From Macrostomum lignano (taxonomy: Eukaryota), in NCBI GenBank assembly GCA_002269645.1, contig NIVC01005190.1:1-22648 (forward strand): a stretch of DNA of 22,648 nt, in the 5' to 3' direction. How positions within the stretch are numbered: position 1 is the first letter of the stretch; each line of letters opens with the position of its first letter. Made by a program: the position numbers and the translations under genes. Under the pieces are notes generated by a model. That model had not been told where the DNA came from, searched no databases, and saw nothing but the letters and a program-made list of their open reading frames with translations. Shown one piece after another: positions 9,008 to 19,469 of the stretch.

Positions 9008-9706
9008 GGGGAGGGAGGGTGGTGTGTCGGGGAGGGAGGGTAGTGTGTCGGGGAGGGAGGGTAGTGTGTCGGGGAGGGAAGGTAGTGTGTCGGGGAGGGA
9101 GGGTAGTGTGGCGGGGAGGGAGGGTAGTGTGGCGGCGAGAGAGGGTAGTGTGGCGGGGAGAGAGGGTAGTGTGTTGGGGAGGGAGGGTAGTGTGTCAGGG
9201 AGGGAGGGTAGTGTGTCGGGGAGGGAGGGTAGTGTGGTGGGGAGAGAGGGTAGTGTGTCAGGGAGAGAAGGTAGGGTGTCAGGGAGAGAGGGTAGTGTGG
9301 CGGGGAGAGAGGGTAGTGTGTCGGGGAGAGAGGGTAGTGTGGCGGCGAGAGAGGGTAGTGTGTCGGGGAGGGAGGGTAGTGTGGTGGGGAGAGAGGGTAG
9401 TGTGTCAGGGAGAGAAGGTAGGGTGTCAGGGAGAGAGGGTAGTGTGTCGGGGAGAGAGGGTAGTGTGGCGGGGAGAGAGGGTAGTGTGGCGGGGAGAGAG
9501 GGTAGTGTGGCGGCGAGAGAGAGTAGTGTGGCGGGGAGAGAGGGTAGTGTGGCGGGGAGAGAGGGTAGTGTGGCGGGGAGAGAGGGTAGTGTGGCGGGGA
9601 GAGAGGGTAGTGTGGCGGGGAGAGAGGGTAGTGTGGCGGGGAGAGAGGGTAGTGTGGCGGGGAGAGAGGGTAGTGTGGCGGGGAGAGAGGGTAGTGTGAC
9701 GGGGAG
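9008..9706. repeat. 21-bp G-rich minisatellite GGGGAGAGAGGGTAGTGTGGC, about 33 copies
   Basis: Directly visible; source of the SVAGREG-type ORFs. Confidence 0.97.
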
Positions 9707-10124
9707 TGGAGGCTAAAATAGCAAAATATAATTTATCGCATTACGCACGCAATACAACAAATATTTGATGTCCGCCTCTTACCAAAAGGATAAAAATTAT
9801 TCAATATATCCCTTAACCCAGCCAAAGAGACTCATTTCCAGTCTGAGAGGGAGCCACGCCTAAAATCATCGCAGACTTTGCATTTGTACCGATCTGTACG
9901 CGTCTCTTGATTTCGAATACTCGAGCAATAGAAGGCCAAAGTGGCCGTCAAATTCTAAGACGATTCGGAGAGATTCGATTCGATTCGAAGAGATTAATTA
10001 AATCTAAATCGATAACAAAGACGCAATGAAAGCTTCATGGAGAACGTTACGAATTGTGATATTTTAGAGTTGAATTGAGAAAATTTCCGGACCTAAGAAA
10101 AGTTATCTAATTCTGTTAATCGGG

Positions 10125-11000
10125 ATCCTTACTACTAAAATATAATGCCACAGGCGCAGGCGTGTGTTAGTGTTATCCTACTAAACTAAGATGCTGTGGG
10201 TAAACGGCGGGAGTAACTATCACTATTTTAGTATGCGTAAATACCTCGCCACCTAATTAGTAGAAACTGCAACACTATAACGAATTTTTGCTTAAGGACA
10301 CCAAGAAGTTCACGAGCATCAATGAGATATGATTGATAGGATTTACCTTCGTGTCCAGGTAGAGTTGCCAAGTGGCGCTGGATCTGTTTAACCTTATCCG
10401 TACTATCATGGTTGCTAATACTATTTAGGTGAATCTGCCGAAGTTTGTCACTGCCAGATTTGGCATCTGCAGGCGGCTCTTCGTGGTGATAGTCGATAAT
10501 CATGGCTGTCCAGAGGTTATTAGAATACGAATGAAACACAACACTGAACGGCTGAGGTGTGTCAAAGGTATTGTCTAGTTTTGGTTCTTCTGTAGTGTCT
10601 GAATGTTCTGAATGTGGAGCTCCTCTTGTGTGTTCTTTCCAGGGCCCTGGGCTTGGGGGCCCTTTTTAACACTATTTGTTGGGGCTAAATGTTCATTGGG
10701 GGAAAATGGGAGAGGGGAGAAGTGGGGCTGGTGGTGTATACGAAGTCCCATGTGTGTGAGTGTACATGGGATCCGATGAAGAAGGACACAAAGGCTCGAA
10801 GAGTGGGGGGCACGGTCAGGCAGTAATGAGAAAGGCCTGAGCGGGTCTGCCAGGGCCAAGGGGTTCCTATTGGCTGGGCTGCTTAAGGCTCTATCGCTCC
10901 CTCACTCTGGGAAAAAAGGAAGAGGGGAGACCAAATGTTCCTCTTAGACTTGCCTATATGGGCTTTGCAGATTGAGAAAGCTGTATGCAATAAAGACAGA
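10125..11000. mobile_element. Possible mobile-element-derived insert of unknown class
   Basis: Non-repetitive block with a 145-codon stop-to-stop minus frame (10665-10228), a Helitron-like A|TCCTTACTA start near 10126, and TATA-like/AATAAA signals at 10953-10994. No diagnostic protein motif recognised. Confidence 0.2.
10198..10261 (+). pseudogene. Short degenerate 28S (LSU) rRNA fragment, helix 69-71 region; not a functional rRNA gene
   Basis: 23-nt exact match to the recalled eukaryotic consensus GGGTAAACGGCGGGAGTAACTAT. After a colinear 18-nt divergent block comes AAATACCTCGCCACCTAATTAGT versus consensus AAATGCCTCGTCATCTAATTAGT (20/23). About 51/64 overall with no gaps. Confidence 0.75.
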
Positions 11001-11095
11001 GTTCTAATTTCTCGAATTTTGCGAATATATTATTTGTTGACTTTTTATTAAGCTTTGGTTAAGGAGGGCCTGTTGAATTCTGGGACCGCGGGTTG

Positions 11096-13150
11096 TTCGA
11101 TAGTGGCACTTTTCTGTGATCAGTGATTTGATAGTGGCACTTTTCTGTGATCAGTCATTCGAAAGTGGCTCTTTTCTGTGATCAGTGATTTGATAGTGGC
11201 ACTTTTCTGTGATCAGTGATTTGATAGTGGCACTTTTCTGTGATCAGTCATTCGAAAGTGGCTCTTTTCTGTGATCAGTGATTTGATAGTGGCACTTTTC
11301 TGTGATCAGTCATTCAAAAGTGGCACTTTTCTGTGATCAGTAATTTGATAGTGGCACTTTTCTGTGATCAGTCATTCGAAGTGGCACTTTTCTGTGATCA
11401 GTAATTTGGTAGTGGCACTTTTCTGTAATCAGTGATTTTATAGTGGCACTTTTCTGTGATCAGTAATTTGATAGTGGCACTTTTCTGTGATCAGTGATTT
11501 GATAGTGGCACTTTTCTGTAATCAGTGATTTGATAGTGGCACTTTTCTGTGATCAGTCATTCGATAGTGGCACTTTTCTGTGATCAGTAATTTGATAGTG
11601 GCACTTTTCTGTGATCAGTCATTCGATAGTGGCACTTTTCTGTGATCAGTGATTTGATAGTGGCACTTTTCTGTAATCAGTCATTTGATAGTGGCACTTT
11701 TCTGTGATCAGTGATTTGAAAGTGGCACTTTTCTGTGATCAGTCATTCGATAGTGGCACTTTTCTGTGATCAGTATTTGATAGTGGCACTTTTCTGTGAT
11801 CAGTAATTTGATAGTGGCACTTTTCTGTGATCAGTAATTTGATAGTGGCACTTTTCTGTGATCAGTGATTTGATAGTGGCACTTTTCTGTGATCAGTGAT
11901 TTGATAGTGGCACTTTTCTGTGATCAGTGATTTGATAGTGGCACTTTTCTGTGATCAGTAATTTGATAGTGGCACTTTTCTGTGATCAGTATTTGATAGT
12001 GGCACTTTTCTGTGATCAGTGATTTGATAGTGGCACTTTTCTGTGATCAGTGATTTGATAGTGGCACTTTTCTGTGATCAGTGATTTGATAGTGGCACTT
12101 TCTGTGATCAGTCATTCAAGTGGCACTTTTCTGTGATCAGTAGTTTGATAGTGGCACTTTTCTGTGATCAGTGATTTGATAGTGGCACTTTTCTGTGATC
12201 AGTAATTTGATAGTGGCACTTTTCTGTGACAGTGATTTGATAGTGGCACTTTTCTGTGATCAGTAATTTGATAGTGGCACTTTTCTGTGATCAGTATTTG
12301 ATAGTGGCACTTTTCTGTGATCAGTGATTTGATAGTGGCACTTTTCTGTGATCAGTAATTTGATCGTGACTTTTCTGTGATCAGTGATTTGATAGTGGCA
12401 CTTTTCTGTGATCAGTATTTGATAGTGGCACTTTTCTGTGATCAGTATTTGATAGTGGCACTTTTCTGTAATCAGTGATTTTATAGTGGCACTTTTCTGT
12501 GATCAGTAATTTGATAGTGGCACTTTTCTGTGATCAGTGATTTGATAGTGGCACTTTTCTGTGATCAGTGATTTGATAGTGGCACTTTTCTGTGATCAGT
12601 GATTTGATAGTGGCACTTTTCTGTGATCAGTCATTCGATAGTGGCACTTTTCTGTGATCAGTAATTTGATAGTGGCACTTTTCTGTGATCAGTGATTTGA
12701 TAGTGGCACTTTTCTGTGATCAGTCATTTGATAGTGGCACTTTTCTGTGATCAGTGATTTGAAAGTGGCACTTTTCTGTGATCAGTCATTCGATAGTGGC
12801 ACTTTTCTGTGATCAGTAATTTGATAGTGGCACTTTTCTGTGATCAGTAATTTGATAGTGGCACTTTTCTGTGATCAGTAATTTGATAGTGGCACTTTTC
12901 TGTGATCAGTGATTTGATAGTGGCACTTTTCTGTGATCAGTGATTTGATAGTGGCACTTTTCTGTGATCAGTGATTTGATAGTGGCACTTTTCTGTGATC
13001 AGTAATTTGATAGTGGCACTTTTCTGTGATCAGTAATTTGATAGTGGCACTTTTCTGTGATCAGTGATTTGATAGTGGCACTTTTCTGTGATCAGTAATT
13101 TGATAGTGGCACTTTTCTGTGATCAGTCATTCGATAGTGGCACTATCGAA
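11096..13150. repeat. 31-bp minisatellite GATAGTGGCACTTTTCTGTGATCAGTGATTT, about 66 copies
   Basis: Directly visible; period confirmed (GGCAC at 12001 and 12032). Confidence 0.98.
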
Positions 13151-13327
13151 TTAGGTTTTTTTGAGTCATTTGTAGCCTTCAGAAACGATATAAAATTCTA
13201 AAAGCAATCTAAAGTTTTATTGGAGCATTTTTTGTCTTCGTCCCCAAAAGCCAACAGAAAGTACAAGAGACAGAAATCCACCAAGATCGCCTTAGAAGGC
13301 AGTTTTTACCAAAGGGGATATTGGATT

Positions 13328-13331
<4 letters not shown>

Positions 13332-13378
<47 letters not shown>

Positions 13379-13379
13379 T
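13332..13379. repeat. (CT)n microsatellite
   Basis: Directly visible. Confidence 0.95.
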
Positions 13380-13504
13380 GTAAAATCACATTGCAACTTT
13401 GCCCAGATCTTCACCTCTGCACCGGATGTCTTGTGCTGAGTTAATCTGTGAGCTCCAGGTGACCCCCAGTTGCTGCAAACTGATTGAACTCACCGCTATG
13501 TATT

Positions 13505-13735
13505 TCTCATTCCTAATCTCACTCCCAATCTCACTCCCATTTTCACTCCCATTCTCACTCCCATTCTCATTCTCAATTTCACTCCCAATCTCACTCCCAA
13601 TCTCACTCCCAATCTCACTCCCATTCTCACTCCCATTCTCACTCCCAATTTAACTCCCATTCTCACTCCCATTATCACTCCCATTCTCACTCCCGTCACT
13701 CCCATTCTCACTCCATTCTCTTAATTTCACTCTCA
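13505..13735. repeat. 12-bp minisatellite CTCACTCCCA(T/A)T
   Basis: Directly visible. Confidence 0.93.
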
Positions 13736-14123
13736 CCTATAATCCATTCACTCTCGTTCTCCACTTAATTCTCTCTGTTTTTAAGCGGCCCGCCAGCCCG
13801 AAGCAATAAACGAATGACTCCCAATCTCACTGCTGGCAAGAGGGTGTGTACCCAGCAATTACACTGCGGACTATTTGCACTGCAATTCCATCTCAATATT
13901 GGACTGACCCAATTGTCGGCCATTGACTGGTAGAAAATATTTAGGGTAAAGCGGTACTCACTTTCAGGACACCCAGTTTGCACAACTAATATTTAAGTAA
14001 TTGTATTGGACACTTGGAGCCGGGTTCCGCGCACTTCTGTGTCATCAGCTTTTCTCAATTTATTGTTTTTTACCACCTTATTTTCTGTGATCTCAGTGCC
14101 GTATTCTTTATTTCAGTCTCATT

Positions 14124-14420
14124 TCCCCATCTCAATCCCATCTCAATCCCATTCTCAATCCAATCTCAAGCCAATCTCAATCCAATCTCAATCCCATCTC
14201 AATCCAATCTCAAGCCAATCTCAATCCCATCTCAGTCTCAACCAGGTCTCAACCCCATCTCAACCAGGTCTCAACCCCATCTCAGTCTCAACCCAGTCTC
14301 AACCCAGTCTCAACCCAATCTTAACCCATCTCAACCCAGTCTCAACCCAGTCTCAACCCAGTCTCAACCCCATCTCAAAATCTTATTTCAATCAAATCCC
14401 ATCTATTTCTCAGTCCCATC
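14124..14420. repeat. Degenerate 10-11-bp repeat CCCA(G)TCTCAA
   Basis: Directly visible. Confidence 0.88.
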
Positions 14421-15029
14421 TCAAATTCAATCCTTTTGGTGGTATTTTTTCGAGCTGTCCATCTTTCCAACTCATGTTATATCCATTGTAAGAGTTGAGT
14501 CTTGGGTTTATGAATAAAACTGTACTCAATAATCCGCGTAATACACTACTGTCATCAGAGAGTTTGGATATCCAGCCTCACCGCTAACAAGTCTGCGTTT
14601 CGTATAACTGCACTATGAATCTGCTTACAGCCCCATTACAAAAGGGGAAGAATTTCCCCATTAGGAAACATCTGCACACGAGCAGCATTATAGGCATGCG
14701 CGACCATGTGAGATCTATTAAAATTCCAACAATGATGGGAGAATTGACCAGATGCGCGCATATGATGCAGGATCCAGATGGAAAGGAGCTGGGGCTGGTC
14801 GGGATTGGCACCCATTGACAATGGGTTCCAATTTGGGCACTTGAGAATTGAAGCTGAAACAGACAGATGGAGAGGGAATTGAAACAGGATCTTATCAAGG
14901 GGATATTTGCTCCCGGGTTCACCTGCAAATCGGTTTTTTTCACCGATTGTTATTCGCGGAGGCTGGCTTGTATGGACAGATGTGGAGCTGCGGAAGTATT
15001 GAGGAGATGGCCAGGGTGAGCTTAAGATG

Positions 15030-15500
15030 GAGAGTGAAAGTGAGAGAGAGAGTGGCGGAGAGAATCAGAGAGAGAGTGAAAGTGACAGAGAGTGAGGGTG
15101 AGGGAGAGAGTGAGGGTGAGGGAGAGAGTGAGGGTGAGGGAGAGAGTGAGGGTGAGGGAGAGAATGAGGGTGAGGGAGAGAGTGACGGTGAGGGAGAGAG
15201 TGAGGGTGAGGGAGAGAATGAGGGTGAGGGAGAGAGTGACGGTGAGGGAGAGAATGAGGGTGAGGGAGAGAGTGAGGGTGAGGGAGAGAGTGAGGGTGAG
15301 GGAGAGGGAGAGAGTGAGGGTGAGGGAGAGAATGAGGGTGAGGGAGAGAGTGAGGGTGAGGGAGAGAGTGAGGGTGAGGGAGAGAGTGAGGGTGAGGGAG
15401 AGAGTGACGGTGAGGGAGAGAGTGAGGGTGAGGGAGAGAGTGAGGGTGAGGGAGAGAGTGACGGTGAGGGAGAGAGTGAGGGTGAGGGAGAGAGTGAGGG
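15030..15500. repeat. 18-bp purine-rich minisatellite GAGGGTGAGGGAGAGAGT
   Basis: Directly visible; source of the ESEGEG, VRER and SPSL ORFs. Confidence 0.96.
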
Positions 15501-16505
15501 CAAGGCAGAGAGGAGGGCGCAGAGCTGCAGAGGCCCGCCAGTCCGGAAGCGAGCGGGGCAGAGGACAGAATAGAAAAAGCGCTACAGAAGAGAGCCGTGC
15601 TGCCAATTCAGCCGGAGAGACAATGCAAACCTCAGAAAAATGAGAAGTGAAAACCTGTATGCGATGGCGGAGAGAGCGAACGCGTGCCGATTATAATGCA
15701 TTTTTGGCTTTGGGAAATTTTAGAATGAAGCTGATGATTTCTCCCTTCGCTGCAGTATGAATGGGGAATTTGCGGCTGCTTGAGCAGGAGCAGAAAAAAG
15801 CTCGCAGTCATTCGCGTCACGGCGCAGCGGGGGTGGTCGGTTTCGCAAAAAAGCGGTCCCTGCGCCACCCCGGACAGACGGGTCGACAGGCAAATAGAAG
15901 CATCGGATCCATCCTGCGTCTGCAGGATTTCTCTCCTCAGGCTTCCCCTTTTCCCACCCCGCAGGGAGGGGCCATGCCGAGATGTTTGCCAGCTCGAAAT
16001 GCAGGGGGTTTCGGGAGTCTGGGGGATGCCTAGGCTGCCTCCATCAGCTCCGTCTCGGGTCGGCTTGAGTCACGCTCCCGCTCACACAGGAGAGGTCTGG
16101 AGCAAACAGAAATGCCGGGACAGGTTCGACAGGCTGAGCGGGGGCTGGGGTGATTTGCTGGCTTCCCGTGTCATCCCCGATTTCTCTCTGAAAGTCTCTT
16201 CTCTGTCTGGCTGACAGATGAGACAGCAAAGTAAGCCACAGCCACACCGGCTGAGTACTTATATTGCTTTTCTTCTCTACAGCAGAACCAGCAAGCTGCC
16301 CCTCAGCTGGTATACTAAACTGAAATTCTTGCTGACAACCGAGACGTCACACTGACAGAGTCGAGAGAGTGGTGCCCGAGGCTTCAATCAAGGAGCTGGA
16401 TTTCATTCAGCTGTGGGACATGTCAATATAAACAGAGAGACTGGCTGGCTGCTTTCTCGGTTCATGGTTTTAGCGGCTGTTGCTGGGGTGCAAAGTCTAA
16501 GAATT

Positions 16506-18997
16506 CTACCGATGATTGTGACCCTTGCACATTGCAGAGAGTGCTCCTACCGATGTTTGTGACCCTTGCACATTGCAGAGAGTGGTCCTACCGATGATTG
16601 TGACCCTTGCACATTGCAGAGAGTGCTCCTACCGATGATTGTGACCCTTGCACATTGCAGAGAGTGCTCCTACCGATGATTGTGACCCTTGCACATTGCA
16701 GAGAGTGCTCCTACCGATGATTGTGACCGTTGCACATTACGGAGAGTGCTCCTACCGATGATTGTGACCCTTGCACATTGCAGAGAGTGCTCCTACCGAT
16801 GATTGTGACCCTTGCACATTGCAGAGAGTGCTCCTACCGATGATTGTGACCCTTGTACATTGCAGAGAGTGCCCTTCCGATGGAGTGTGACCCTTACACA
16901 TTGCAGAGAGTGCTCCTACCGATGGAGTGTGACCCTTGCACATTGCAGAGAGTGCTCCTACCGATGATTGTGACCCTTGCACATTGCAGAGAGTGCTCCT
17001 ACCGATGATTGTGACCTTTGCACATTGCAGAGAGTGCTCCTACCGATGATTGTGACCCTTGCACATTGCAGAGAGTGCTCCTACCGATGATTGTGACCCT
17101 TGCACATTGCAGAGAGTGCTCCTACCGATGATTGTGACCCTTGCACATTGCAGAGAGTGCTCCTACCGATGATTGTGACCCTTGCACATTGCAGAGAGTG
17201 CTCCTACCGATGATTGTGACCCTTGCACATTGCAGAGAGTGCTCCTACCGATGATTGTGACCCTTGCACATTGCAGAGAGTGCTCCTACCGATGATTGTG
17301 ACCCTTGCACATTGCAGAGAGTGCTCCTACCGATGATTGTGACCCTTGCACATTGCAGAGAGTGCTCCTACCGATGTTTGTGACCCTTGCACATTGCAGA
17401 GAGTGCTCCTACCGATGATTGTGACCCTTGCACATTGCAGAGAGTGCTCCTACCGATGATTGTGACCCTTGCACATTGCAGAGAGTGCTCCTACCGATGA
17501 TTGTGACCCTTGCACATTGCAGAGAGTGCTCCTACCGATGATTGTGACCCTTGCACATTGCAGAGAGTGCTCCTACCGATGATTGTGACCCTTGCACATT
17601 GCAGAGAGTGCTCCTACCGATGATTGTGACCCTTGCACATTGCAGAGAGTGCTCCTACCGATGATTGTGACCCTTGCACATTGCAGAGAGTGCTCCTACC
17701 GATGATTGTGACCCTTGCACATTGCAGAGAGTGCTCCTACCGATGATTGTGACCCTTGCACATTGCAGAGAGTGCTCCTACCGATGATTGTGACCCTTGC
17801 ACATTGCAGAGAGTGCTCCTACCGATGATTGTGACCCTTGCACATTGCAGAGAGTGCTCCTACCGATGATTGTGACCCTTGCACATTGCAGAGAGTGCTC
17901 CTACCGATGATTGTGACCCTTGCACATTGCAGAGAGTGCTCCTACCGATGATTGTGACCCTTGCACATTACGGAGAGTGCTCCTACCGATGATTGTGACC
18001 GTTGCACATTGCAGAGAGTGCTCCTACCGATGATTGTGACCCTTGCACATTGCAGAGAGTGCTCCTACCGATGATTGTGACCCTTGCACATTGCAGAGAG
18101 TGCTCCTACCGATGATTGTGACCCTTGCACATTGCAGAGAGTGCTCCTACCGATGATTGTGACCCTTGCACATTGCAGAGAGTGCTCCTACCGATGATTG
18201 TGACCCTTGCACATTGCAGAGAGTGGTCCTACCGATGATTGTGACCCTTGCACATTGCAGAGAGTGCTCCTACCGATGTTTGTGACCCTTGCACATTGCA
18301 GAGAGTGCTCCTACCGATGATTGTGACCCTTGCACATTGCAGAGAGTGCTCCTACCGATGATTGTGACCCTTGCACATTGCAGAGAGTGCTCCTACCGAT
18401 GATTGTGACCCTTGCACATTGCAGAGAGTGCTCCTACCGATGGAGTGTGACCCTTGCACATTACAGAGAGTGCTCCTACCGATGATTGTGACCCTTGCAC
18501 ATTGCAGAGAGTGCTCCTACCGATGATTGTGACCCTTGCACATTGCAGAGAGTGCTCCTACCGATGATTGTGACCTTTGCACATTGCAGAGAGTGCTCCT
18601 ACCGATGATTGTGACCCTTGCACATTGCAGAGAGTGCTCCTACCGATGATTGTGACCCTTGCACATTGCAGAGAGTGCTCCTACCGATGATTGTGACCCT
18701 TGTACATTGCAGAGAGTGCCCTTCCGATGGAGTGTGACCCTTACACATTGCAGAGAGTGCTCCTACCGATGGAGTGTGACCCTTGCACATTGCAGAGAGT
18801 GCTCCTACCGATGATTGTGACCCTTGCACATTGCAGAGAGTGCTCCTACCGATGATTGTGACCTTTGCACATTGCAGAGAGTGCTCCTACCGATGATTGT
18901 GACCCTTGCACATTGCAGAGAGTGCTCCTACCGATGATTGTGACCCTTGCACATTGCAGAGAGTGCTCCTACCGATGATTGTGACCCTTGCACATTA
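16506..18997. repeat. 41-bp minisatellite CCGATGATTGTGACCCTTGCACATTGCAGAGAGTGCTCCTA, about 61 highly homogeneous copies
   Basis: Directly visible; period confirmed (TACCG at 17041 and 17082). Confidence 0.98.
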
Positions 18998-19469
18998 CGA
19001 GCTACGATATTCGACCTTCGACTCAACTCTTCGTTAAATGAATCATTACTCAAGTTGCAGGAGCATTTCTACGGTCACACTGCTTACCAATGGGCCAAGC
19101 AATTTCAGTAAAGGTCACCGAACTCTCATTCTCGCTGACTATATAGCAGCAGTGATGAATGGCCGCGGTCGGGGCTGAGTTCTCAGCTCCTCTTTGCTGT
19201 CGAATTGTCGATCAATCACTGGCCGAATTATTGCTTCCACTGGCTCCACTCTGCATGAGGCCTTTTAGCTCGGCTCGCTTCCCTACCGCACACTCGCAGT
19301 TTCACACACAGTCAGCTCAGGGCCTCATTTTTTTCATTCTTGCCTTTGACCCGCCACAGCTCGCAGTCACCAGCGACTCTATCCTCCTGCTTCTCAACAA
19401 GTGACGTTTCTGCTTGCATGTACTGCTGTTCTTGTCATGCTCCTAGATGTCTGCTTGACACCTCCGAAT

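Noticed and set aside
8979-9716. SVAGREG and VVWRGER repeat ORFs
   Set aside because: Translation of the 21-bp minisatellite; antisense to the gene and intronic.
10198-10261. Functional rRNA gene or rDNA unit
   Set aside because: Similarity covers only about 64 nt, helix 69 pairing is disrupted, and no other rRNA sequence is recognisable nearby.
13505-14420. Telomere-like C-rich repeats
   Set aside because: Units of 10-12 bp do not match TTAGGG or TTAGG-type repeats and lie inside an intron.
14848-15643. ESEGEG, VRER, SPSL and LTLS repeat ORFs, superficially like acidic or SR-type proteins
   Set aside because: Several frames on both strands are open only because of the 18-bp unit; no unique flanking domain.
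19080-19200. Minus-strand donor G|GTAAGC near 19088 (similar ones near 13490 and 9782) as extra CELF exons
   Set aside because: No compatible open frame or good upstream acceptor found; isolated donor hexamers are expected by chance in 13 kb.
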